Assembly (NCBI RefSeq): GCF_001194135.2
Contig: NC_068986.1
Location: 90,982,813-91,046,812, forward strand
Length of the DNA stretch: 64,000 bases
Direction: 5' to 3'
Source of the DNA: Octopus bimaculoides
Lineage: Eukaryota
The notes beneath the pieces are model-generated. The model was given only the letters and a program-made list of their open reading frames with translations. It searched no databases and was not told the DNA's origin. The position numbers and the translations under genes are program-made. Positions 51,170 through 62,151 of this stretch are shown piece after piece (positions within the stretch are counted from its first letter, which is position 1; each line of letters begins with the position of its first letter).

Positions 51170-51860
51170 CAAATATTTTACAAAATATTTCCATGGAAAT
51201 TTCTTTTTGATCTTAGGTATGCCTCTTCCTTAGTTGGTTTATGTCTCTTATGTTCACCGTGTGATCCTTTAGTTAGATACATCATACTTCCAATTTTTCT
51301 GGTAACAAGGCCATCTTTCCGGCTTTCTTTACCTTTTCTCTAGATTTTGAAATGCACTTTATCACCTATTTCGACATATTTCATTTGCTTTTTCATATTT
51401 CCTTTACGTCTTTTTTTCTCTGGTAATAGCTTATCAAAAATGGATTTTATTCTTCTTGTGAACATCAATTCTGTGGGAGATTTCCCTGAATTTGTACTTG
51501 GATTGGGGGTCACTCTGTATATTAAGAAATTTGTCAGTGCTTTACCGTTACTTTATTCATTCTTCGCTTTTCTTAAAACTCTTATAAAGGTGTTCACAAA
51601 TGGAGTGAAAAATATGCTGTATTGTATGTCTTTTTCAGAAGTTCTTGAATTCATATCCTGAGAACTGTGTTCCGTTGTCTGAAACTAGCGTGTCAGGAAC
51701 ACCGTATCACACAAACAATTCATATAAGAACTTTATGACTCTTTGTCTGTCCTTGTTTGTCCCCTCTATGTTTAGCACCTTGTAGGCAATAAAGAAATAA
51801 CAAACAATTCATATAAGAACTTTGTAGTTGTCTTAGAGATTGCTCTATAGCACCTGCAAA
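51170..51860 (-). mobile_element. Ty3/Gypsy integrase core remnant
   Basis: FLYELFV*YGVPDTLVSDNGTQFS...FVNTFIRVLRK...YRVTPNP...SPTELMFTRRIKSIFDKLLP...IGDKV; SDNG and YRxTP motifs. Confidence 0.88.
51735..51799 (+). mobile_element. 65-bp retroposed 3' tail with 24-bp target duplication
   Basis: ACAAACAATTCATATAAGAACTTT at 51711-51734 and 51800-51823; insert ends AATAAAGAAATA. Confidence 0.8.
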
Positions 51861-51906
51861 CCTCTGCAAACCATCCAACCATGCCAGCATGGAAAACAGA
51901 CTTTAA

Positions 51907-51949
<43 letters not shown>

Positions 51950-52409
51950 CGATGATGAGTTAGAATAGGTTGGCTGGGTACTTATTTTTGGCTGTATTTT
52001 TATGGCTGTACACTATTCCAGTTACCATCCCTTTCATTTTTCACTACTATTCCACAATTTCAAGACTGCAGAGTTGCAGGATATAGATGCTCACTAGGAA
52101 TGTAAACCAATGACATGTTTTCCTTTCTATTCGCTATTTTTTCCACTCAGACCAGCCAATAGGGGGCAAACCCTACAAGCAGCTACAACCCTATTCTATT
52201 CAAAGCAAATATGTCTTATTTCACTCATGCACATAAACCTTAGACCTCCTTTATTCTAGTGCTCTCAAATGATTTTTAAAGAGAGTGAAACACAACTAGT
52301 CTTGCAAGAATTTTTTATTTTAATATTTGTGTATGTGTTTGCTTGTGTGTGTGCGTGTGTGCATGCATGCGCATATATGTGTGCATGTATGTATGTGTAT
52401 ATCATTGCA

Positions 52410-53335
52410 AATCAAGATATTCTTAGGGAATGGTATGTATGGAATGATAGCAATGCAAATGCTCTCATTGATGCCAAGAAGAATAAGGTAAGGCAATGTT
52501 ACAATGGTAGGTTACTGAATGAGGGTTACTTATGAGAGAAAGCAGGACTACTGCAAGTAGACCCAGGAACTGCAGTTCAAGTTGACTATATAATCAGAAG
52601 CATGATTAAATATTTTGAAGGCAAGAAAAGCAGCATCAGAAGTATTTGCTAAGGGGCTGAAAATAACTGGGAAAGTAGGACATGCACTAGTCACTCCCAT
52701 AGTCAATCAGATAGACAAGGCTGTGTCATATCTGATAACTAGCATAGTTGTATTGTCATCATTAACAACTGCTATGAGGGGAAAAGAATTTCCTGGCGAA
52801 TGATTTTTGTCCTGTAAGTTACTTGGTGACCCTGTCAGTGCAGGTTCCACTTAAAAAGCGTCCAGTCCACACTGTAAAGTGGTTGGTGTTTGGAAAGGCA
52901 TCCAGCTGTAAAAACCTTGCCAAAACTGTCCTTGTGTCTCGTAAAAAGCACTAAGTCCACTCTGCTGAGTGGTTGGTGTTAGGAAGGGCATCCAGCTGTA
53001 AAAATCCTGCTAAAACAGTCACAGAAGTCTGGTGCATGCTTCTGCCTGGCCAGCTCCTGGCAAACCATCTCACCCATACCAGCATGGAAGGCAGACATTA
53101 AATGATGATGATGATGATAATATACTGAGATAACATTGGCAAGGTGAGAATTTGCATTGATTTTTAGTGAAGAATTTAGTGTGCAGGCAGGTGTCCATCA
53201 GAGCTCAGTTCTTATGACCCCCTCCTCTTTAGGCCCTTACCCTTTTACCTTCAGGCCATAAAGGAAGAGCTTAAGACTGAGAGCCCATGGCAACTTCTAA
53301 ATGCAGGTACTCTAGTTCTCATGGCTGATTAGTGA
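52410..53335 (+). mobile_element. Decayed RTE ORF (pre-RT and RT) with an RTE 3' UTR copy at ~52830-53120
   Basis: GLKITGKVGHALVTPIVNQ...NCYEGK and EFSVQAGVHQSS...QAIKEELKTESPWQLLNAGTLVL (GVHQGS motif; YADD decayed). Confidence 0.8.
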
Positions 53336-53757
53336 AAAATTATTAAAAAAATTAATAAGTTCATTGTATATAGTGTTAAGGTGTAGAGCAGACGTAAAAT
53401 GTAAAATTGCGAGGTGGCCTCCAAATAAACTTAGCAAATATAAAATTTCTAGTTAGCAGCAAAGAATACTCAGTGTCATCTAAGACATGACCAGGCTTGA
53501 TACATAGAAAAGTTCTAAGAATGCATATGTATGTGGATATATGCATGTATGCATGCATATACATGCACACACACATGTATATACAGACATGTATGTGAGT
53601 GTGTGAACAATTAAGAATGAACAAGAAAAAATAATATTTAATACTGAAAGTAAAGATATCAAATTCATTCAAAGCTGTAGTCCCACAAAATGTTTCTCCA
53701 TGTTTCAGATGTAATGGAACTATTTTTCTGAAAAAGTTCAATGGGTACTGTGCTTGT

Positions 53758-53982
53758 TTAACCTTTTAGCATTTAAACCGGCCATATCCGGCCCAAATAT
53801 TCTATCTGCTTATTGTTCAAATGTGCCAGATCTGACCTCTTACACCTATGCTGCAATGTCATTCTAAAAATAAGCAATTACATCATCAAAATCTCAATGC
53901 TATGAGATAATGCTTGATTAATTCAAAACAGTGTGAATAAATAAGCATTACGTTTGACAGAATCTGAGTGCTAAAGGGTTAA
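53758..53982. mobile_element. Full-length TTAA-flanked MITE (piggyBac-like)
   Basis: TTAACCTTTTAGCA...TGCTAAAGGGTTAA, 13/14 inverted match. Confidence 0.8.
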
Positions 53983-54736
53983 AGAGTAATGTGTTGTCAG
54001 AAACACTTAAGTGGGAGAAAAGAGAGTATTTGACACTAAAAATAGTTATTTTATTCATTGGAAGCTAACATTAAAAAATTTTTCCACAGTTTCTCATTAT
54101 CCAAATGATTATGACAAATAGAACAGAATTTTGTTTATAATAATCAGTGGAAATATTTATATATCATAACAGGTGCTGACCAGATAAAGTTTTAACATAC
54201 AAAAAATGTTGCCAAAGACTTCCTAGATTTGATCTCATTTTGTTTCCAGATGAATCATAAATATATGACTTTTTAATAAGAAATCTGATTAAAGTAAGCC
54301 ATTATTTTTGTAGTAAAAATTTTGCAAGTTAATTGTTTCAACTCAAAAAGCATTTCCATCAAGAAGAACACAATTATTCTCTACATTTGTAATTATATTT
54401 GCCTTACGAGTTATTCTTTTGATGTTATTTTCTTTGGAAACCCTTAATGTACAGAACAAAGGTTCAACCCTGTAATATCACTATGCCTAGAACTTACTTT
54501 GAATTGACTGAGAACTACTTAAAGTTTGTTTTTATCAATATATTCATTTAAAGAACTGTGAAAAATATTTTCTACAAGCCTTTCCAAACATTTTATGTTT
54601 AAAAGAAACAAGTCTAGCAATATATTAACATTAGATGGTCAATTCTTGGTCATGCTTCCCCAAATGTAAAAACTGGTTTTTGTTCAAATTTATGCTGTAA
54701 ACTAATGTGTAACTGAAAAATTATCAATTATATTTC

Positions 54737-54781
<45 letters not shown>

Positions 54782-55421
54782 ATAGACATGTTCTTGTGCA
54801 TTCTCATAAGCACAAAACACAAAACACCCTGGTCTTGTGAAGTCATTGACTTCTGCACAGAACATATGTACTCACATTTAAATTCATGCAGGCTCAAGAC
54901 ACACCCAAAATTTTAACACTCTTGCATTCAGACGTAGTGACTGTTTTCTCACACTCTCCTTCTCACACTCTCTTTCACTTACCTTGTCTTTCCTTCTCCT
55001 ACTTATCACCTACTTTATTTTACTCACATATAACACTGCAAATGATTTGGCACAAAAAGTTTTGTAAACATTTAATTACCTCTTGAAAATGCTATCTCTG
55101 TCTCATATCCACACACTCACACGTACACCCACTAACCAAAAGTCAGTGAGATCTGTACCTGGGTTATGTTCAGACATGATCGTTATTTTACCTTTTTTTT
55201 TTCCCTTCTATCTACTTAATACTTAGTATTGCTTATCCTGTCACTGACTTGATCCTTAATCGGTCAGAAATTTTATCAGTGAACAAATGTAGAAATTACT
55301 AATATTTTCAGCTAATATTTTGAGATTAAGCTATATTAAGACAACATAAGACCACTATATCATTATAAGTTGCTGAGAAAAAAAAAATCTCAGGCTAAAA
55401 CAGAAGAGCTGTGTTTCTGTG

Positions 55422-55504
<83 letters not shown>

Positions 55505-56589
55505 TGTTGCTTAACTCTATCACTTCTCTGTATTTAAACAAGAAATTCAAAGTAGTAACTGGGTGAATTATCATATTCAAAAAAGAAAGAAGCCTTCTTT
55601 CATATATTGAATATATTTTCTCTTTCATATCTGTACACCCAAGTATATGTGTGTTTGTGTGTGTATATGGACATATGCATATATTAGTTATATATATTAT
55701 ATAAAGTTTATCTATGCCAGTTCAGTGACCTGTTACTGTGAAGTTTCTATGGTGTACCTCTGCTTTTTCAGCCAAGTCACACAGAGTAAAAAATACAATC
55801 ACTCCAATGATGAAAGCAGTGTGAAAAGAAATAAGTGTGTACACATAGTAATTGTAAGTGTGTGAGAGTATGTGTGCATGCATGTTTCTTATGTAAGCAT
55901 GTATGTGCACATGCACGTGTGCTACATGACTAAATATCTTTGTCCAATACTATTATATTTTTTTATTATGTTTATTATTATTATTGTTGTTATTATTATT
56001 GTTATTGAGTGAGAGAGCAGTGTATGCCATCAAAGTGACACTGGAGTAAAATATACGAAGCCCTGTTTACCCATCATGACTACCAGTCTGATACGGGTAC
56101 ACTAAGCACATGCTTCTCAATCATATGTGCACGACATAGTGATCTTATATCAAGATAAACAGCACATGGCCTTGCAGGTGGGGCCCAGTTAGAATTTTCT
56201 TCAGGTCGAGTAGCCCATCCCACTCAAAAGAACCTATTATTATTATTGTTGTTGTTACTTTTACTAAGCATACACAAGCTTTTCTTTTCTCACTGCTTTC
56301 ACCATCAGTTTTGTGACTTTTAACCCAGTCTGACCTATCTGAAGAAGTGGCTTTATGTTAAGTAAAGTTAATGTGTGTGTGTGTGTGTGTGTGTGTGTAT
56401 GGGTGGGTTTTGTGGTGCACCACACCCACACACATGTATGTTTGTATGTGTGTTTAAAATGACCAATTATAGAAGTTGATAGTACTATGGATAGTAATGG
56501 CAGAATGTGCAACTAAGGAAACCGGCTTGACTAACAAAAATAGTTACCACGTTGCTTGAAATATCTATCAAACTAGGCCAAGTGCTAGT

Positions 56590-56911
56590 TTCTCTCAATC
56601 ACAGTCAGGTAGTACAGGAACGTGTCATACCCAATGACTGGGTGGTGGTAACATCATTAAGTACTTCAAAGGAAAAGATGTTCTAGAAAGAGGCAATTAT
56701 AGAGATATCAAATAGCGGGACAAGGTTCAAAATTAATTAAAGATTTATAGCACAACTGATTAGGAAGAAAATTAGCATAGATGAAATGCAGTTCAGTTTT
56801 AATCCTGGAAGAAATACTACCAATTCTATTTTATGAATAAGACAACTGCAAGAGAATTACATAGCTAGAGCTAAGCTTCTCTGTCTGGTCTAGCATTCAA
56901 AGGCTTTGATG
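56590..56911 (+). mobile_element. Decayed RTE RT, 5' part (host of the fold-back insertion); continues at 57519-57690
   Basis: KGKDVLERGNYRDIK...IDEMQFSFNPGRNTTNSI..IRQLQE...KAFD, resuming AFDGV...DEWFVRAVCVMY after the insertion. Confidence 0.85.
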
Positions 56912-56992
56912 AGACAGCTCTATATTTAAGAGATGAGGAATTATGTACATTATTTACATTTGACAGATATTAGCCTCATCTTGTTTGTTGTT

Positions 56993-57038
56993 AACACAAC
57001 GTTTCGGCTGATATACCCTCCAGCCTTCGTCAGGTGTC
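56993..57038 (-). ncRNA. Minimal type I hammerhead ribozyme motif (copy 1)
   Basis: GACAC CTGACGA A GGCTG-loop-CAGCC GAAA CGTT GTGTT: core, 5-bp stem II, palindromic AACGTT stem III, 5-bp stem I. Confidence 0.7.
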
Positions 57039-57092
57039 TTGGGGAATTTCGAACCTGGGTTCTCATTCCTAAGGTATTTTTCGATGTTGTTA

Positions 57093-57127
<35 letters not shown>

Positions 57128-57202
57128 GTTGTTGTTGTTGTTGTTATTATTATTCAGGTCACTGCCTGGAATTGAACTTGGAATCTTGGGATTAGGCAGT
57201 GA

Positions 57203-57237
<35 letters not shown>

Positions 57238-57427
57238 TCAATACAGTAAACATAAGAGCACCACAGCAAACCACAGCACATACCCAAGGCGCACAGAGCT
57301 GCGCTCGGTAGTGAAGTGAAAGCACGTTATAAAAATAAGACTATTAAACAATAATAATAATAACAACAACAACAACAACATCGAAAAATACCTTAGGAAT
57401 GAGAACCCAGGTTCGAAATTTCCCCAA

Positions 57428-57473
57428 GATACCTGATGAAGGCTGGAGGGTATATCAGCCGAAACGTTGTGTT
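57428..57473 (+). ncRNA. Minimal type I hammerhead ribozyme motif (copy 2)
   Basis: GATAC CTGATGA(57433-57439) A GGCTG GAGGGTATAT CAGCC GAAA(57461-57464) CGTT GTGTT. Confidence 0.7.
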
Positions 57474-57739
57474 AACAACAAACAAAATGAGGACAAATAT
57501 CCGTCAAATGTAAATAATGGCTTTGATGGTGTTTCACACTTTGTGATCTGTGGTTGCAAAAGAAACTATGGAAGATGAATGGTTTGTAAGGGCTGTATGT
57601 GTCATGTATAGTTGTGTGATTAACAAAGTGACAAATAACCATAAGATCAGCACAAATGTAGCAGTACTCAGACCTTCCTATTCATTATAGTTCTCTAAGC
57701 CATTAACAGGGAAGACTATCTTCTTCCTGCAAGAAGATC

Positions 57740-57990
57740 ATCATCACCATCATCATCGTTTAACGTCCATTTTCCATGCTGGCATGGGTTGGACGGTTTG
57801 ACTGAGGTCTGGAGAATCAGCAGCTGCATCAGGCTCCAATCTGATCTGGCAATGTTTCTACAGCTGGATGCCCTTCCTAATGCCGACCACTCTGAGAGTG
57901 TAGCGGGTGCTTTTTACATGTTACCAGCACAGGAGTCAGTCAGGTGGGCCTGGCATCAATCACTTTCAGATAGTGCTTTTTACATGCCAC
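57740..57990 (-). mobile_element. RTE 3' UTR copy
   Basis: (CAT)n CGTTTAACGTCCATTTTCCATGCTGGCATGGGTTGGACGG. Confidence 0.8.
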
Positions 57991-59001
57991 TGGTCTCGTT
58001 TGGGTGATGAGAGTAATATATGTAAGGTAGTGAGCCAGAAACAATTTTTAATTAAAGTTGATATTAATGATAAATCTTGACAAAGGTGCAGGCATGGCTT
58101 ATGGGTTCAAACATGGTTGGGTGGTTAAGAAGCTTTTGTTGCAGCCATGTGGTTTCAGGTTTAGCCACACTGTGCAGCACCTTGGGCAAGCAGCTTTTAC
58201 TCTAGCTCCAGGCTGACCAATGCCTTGTAAGTGAATTTGGTAGATGGAATTTGTGTATGTGTCACTGTATTTGTCCTCATCCCACCCCAATAGCACTTCA
58301 TGGCCAATGTTGTTTGTTTACATTACCCACAACTTAGTGGTTCAGCAAAAGAGACCTATACTATTAGTACCAGACTTAAAAATAAACACTGATTTTGATT
58401 TATTTGATTAAACCCTACAAGATGGTACCCCAGCATTACCACAGTTCACTGACTGAAACAAAAGATTAGAGATAAAAGCAAGGGTACATGTCCAGATTTC
58501 AAACTGATTAAAAAGTATATAGACGCATCTGGGAGTGAGTCTGGTCTTAGGTAAGAATGGTGATAACTCTGGACATGTTTTGTTTTTATTAGACTTCCTC
58601 AGCAAGGCATAGTTTATTCATTCTTAATAGAATGACTATGAGAATATATAGGTGATTGGTGACATTTACCTAAGGTGCCATGTAGTGGGACTGAACTGAG
58701 AATGATGTGGTTGGGAAGCAAGCTTCTTACCACACAGTCATGCCAGTCTTGTGCTTATATTTAGATATTAAGAGTATGCTGTATCACTATTTCTTTAAAC
58801 ATTATGTACTCTGTCCTTTCCACATATTACATATTGATATTTGCATCAAAATGTCTTGAGGTATTTTGGAAAGAATCCCATTGTATGAAGCACACCACTT
58901 GGTTGTTTTTCCAGTTGTGTATCAAGTTTAGAATAGATACATCGTCGTGAGGCAGTTATGAGATATGGCAATAGAAAGGGAGTAGCTAGAGTGTGCTGCC
59001 T

Positions 59002-59046
59002 AGGGCAGCCCTTAAATTTATATTCTTGGGTCCCACAGCCTTTACA
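59002..59046 (-). pseudogene. Possible decayed Gag zinc knuckle (CX2CX4[H>Y]X4C)
   Basis: CKGCGTQEYKFKGCP within the minus ORF 58846-59133. Confidence 0.35.
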
Positions 59047-59267
59047 GGCTTCTACGGCAGACCTAGAAGTGCTGCTCCCATAAAAGTGTCTCTTAGAGTG
59101 GACTGAAAAAGTAGATTGCCCACGCATCTTCATCTATGCTACTACATCCAGCCATAAAATATTGCTATGGAAAAAAAAAATAGCTTCTGACCTATACAAG
59201 CACAGACAGTTGGACATGAAATAACAATGATGGAAAATGCATGCGTAAATGTATATCCAAATTTAGT

Positions 59268-59268
59268 G

Positions 59269-59325
<57 letters not shown>

Positions 59326-59775
59326 NNNNNNNNNNNNNNNNNNNNNNNNNNNNNNNNNNNNNNNNNNNNNNNATACATAGCAATATTTTACATGCACACA
59401 TACATACATACAAACACACATACATACATGCACACACACATACATACATACATGCACACACACATACATACATGCACACATACATACACACATACATACA
59501 CACATACATACATACATACATACATACATACATACATACATTTTCCATTTACTCCTTTTTAGTAGGTTAAACGCATTATCTGTATCAATTATCTTTAGCT
59601 TCCTTAGCTTAAGAAGCCTTTCTGTAAGACTTCGATATAAATAAATGGAAAAAAATGTGTTTTTCTTAAAATATTTTTCTCCCATATCCTTGTTATTTAT
59701 ATTTCATACACATTTCACTTTTCCTTTTACATTTATGAAATAGATTGAATGTGTGTGTATGTATCTACCTATCTG

Positions 59776-59823
<48 letters not shown>

Positions 59824-59824
59824 C

Positions 59825-59845
<21 letters not shown>
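59268..59845. repeat. (CA)n/(CATA)n and (TATC)n microsatellites around gap 59326-59372
   Basis: Directly visible. Confidence 0.95.
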
Positions 59846-59863
<18 letters not shown>

Positions 59864-60344
59864 CGCGTGGATGTGTGTGCATGTAAATTTGGATGCATGA
59901 AACTTGAGCACTGAATAATTAATGGAATTGATTTTTAACCCCAAAAATATTTATAGACACATACAGTTGGGTAAAAAAAAAAGACATTGCAGGCTTCTGC
60001 ACAGTTTCAATTTGTGAAATTTCACTTACAAGCATTGGTCATCTCACTACTATGGTAGAAGAGACTGGACTGTAGTGCCATTTAGTGGAATCAAACCCAG
60101 CACTATGTGAGTTTGAAATAAACTTCTTGCCCCCATCCCATATGTCGGTATCCCATAGACATATTTATTCACATGGAAATGAAGACCATTCAACCATCTC
60201 TAGCAAATAAATGAAAAACAATTACAAGGAAAAAAAATACATAAAGAAAAAAAAAAATTAAAGTTGATGAAATATCTGCCCACAATGGAAGTAAACCTGA
60301 AAATATAAAATATCAGAAAGGAAGTTTAAACAGAGCTGAAAATA

Positions 60345-60610
60345 TTTTAGGGACATTTTTTCATGCTCAAAATTGCTGAAGCATGGAATAAACTATCTGC
60401 ATCAGCTGTTAGCTGTTGGGATGATGCATCCTTCAAAACTTCCATGCTTCCTGAAATTTACCAACAGTACTCCTGATGCCTCCCCTCCTTTGTTTTTAAA
60501 TGACTCATTCATTGTTCACTTCCTGTGTATGTTCTCTGTACTGTTTGTGTACTTTTGACTACTTTTTTTGATGAGCTGTAGTGCACCTGAGCACTTTATA
60601 CAATAAGTTC
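60345..60610 (+). mobile_element. CR1-type LINE 3' end
   Basis: FFMLKIAEAWNKLSASAVSC; homologous to ~7180-7480. Confidence 0.8.
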
Positions 60611-60640
60611 ATTATGATTATATCATTATTGTCTCACTTA

Positions 60641-60863
60641 GGCGGTGAGCTGGTAGAATCATTAGCACACCAGGTAAAATGCTTAGCAGTATTTCGTCTG
60701 CTGTTACGTTCTGAGTTCAAATTCTGCTGAGGTCGACTTTGCCTTTCATCCTTTCATGGTCGATAAATTAAGTACTAGTCAAGTACTGGGGTCGATGTAA
60801 TCGACTTACCCCTCCCCCAAAACTTCAGGCCTTGTGCCTACAGTAGAAAAGATTATTATTATT
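60641..60863 (+). mobile_element. Near-complete family-A tRNA-derived SINE (central domain resembles Meta-type SINEs)
   Basis: GGCGGTGAGCTGGTAGAATCATTAGC head; GAGTTCAAATTC B box; GACTTTGCCTTTCATCCTTTC..GGTCGATAAA core; (TTA)n tail. Many decayed copies occur across the window. Confidence 0.85.
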
Positions 60864-62100
60864 TCACTGAGGAGGTGATGTAGAATTGAGAGATGATGCC
60901 TGAAGACTTTATGGGTCACTGACTTGTCCAGCATATTTTGTATGAAAAATAGAAAAACAAACAAACAGACATAATAGCTATGGGGGTGAGGATGACTGTT
61001 GCAGAGGGCTGCTAAACCAAACTTCATCCTTGCCTTTGTTGTTGACTCCTCTCTGTTATCACCCCCCCCACACACACACACACACTCTTCTTTCAGGTAC
61101 TCTCAATATGTCTGTGATGTCAAAATTATATTTACTTTTTGTTTGTAAAACAGATAGTTCTTTGTAGAGAGAGAAGTGAGGTGGAGGGAGTTTGGGAGTA
61201 GAAGCAAATAATTAAGACACACACAGAAACCATGTTTGGTGAGATTGAGCATAAAAATGTGAGGGAAGAGATAAAAAAAAATACAGATAAGAGAGGGAGA
61301 CAGATTACAATGATGAGAAGAGATTTTGTATGTAAATAAAGGTGGTCAAAAAAAGTACAAGAGATAATGTGAATGAATATAGAAAGATAGATAGATAGAT
61401 AGATATGTCTGGGCACAATAACAAAGACGAGGGAAAAGAACAGAGAAAAAGAAAAAGAATATGAATGCTGGAAAGAGGAAAGTAATATATAATGCAAAGT
61501 GAATACAAAAAGGGAAGGTGTGTGTACATGTATGTATGTGTGCATATGTGTTTGTAAAACAGAAAAATAGTATAAGGTAGAGGGTGTAAAAGAAAGAAAG
61601 ATAAAAACTCCAATCAACTTCACAAAGTAGCTATTCATACCTATCTACCCAAAACTGCTACCCACATACCCAACAAAACACTGAAACCTGTTGTTTTAAA
61701 CCAACAAAGAATTTGTTTGCTGCAGTTATTTCATTATATTTATTTATTAATTTTTGTTGATTTTTTTCATTCATTCATTGTTCCATTCTTGCTGTCATTC
61801 TTTATTTTCTTCCTTTCTTCTCAGTCATTATATAACTTGAGTCATCTCAACAGGAATCATGTTGTTTTAATAAGATTCTGCTCACTATTGAACTGATCAA
61901 TTGATTCTAAGGGAGATGGTGGGTGAGACGGAGGAAAAAGAAATACAGAGGAAGAAAGAAAGATAGAGTAGGAAGCTGGAATTATGTTAGTTTGCAAACA
62001 AGGAGTGCCAGGCAGATTTAGGATAAAGTTTTGTATGAGTGATGGGGAAAATATAGAATAAGATATTGATCAATTGATATTGATGGTGGTGAGTAAATAT

Positions 62101-62151
<51 letters not shown>

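Larger units (their letters stand above)
56912..57518. mobile_element. Fold-back (inverted-dimer) insertion, Penelope-pLTR-like
   Basis: Arms 56948-57167 and 57194-57519 are reverse complements, with an extra ~115 bp in the right arm; GGCTTTGATG duplicated at 56902-56911 and 57519-57528. Confidence 0.85.

Noticed and set aside
51155-51661. Hydrophobic plus-strand ORFs
   Set aside because: Antisense of the Gypsy integrase remnant.
61097-61148. Strong acceptor followed by G as exon 2 of the SMP gene
   Set aside because: Reads WYSQYVCDVKIIFTFCL then stop; no SMP similarity and no donor.
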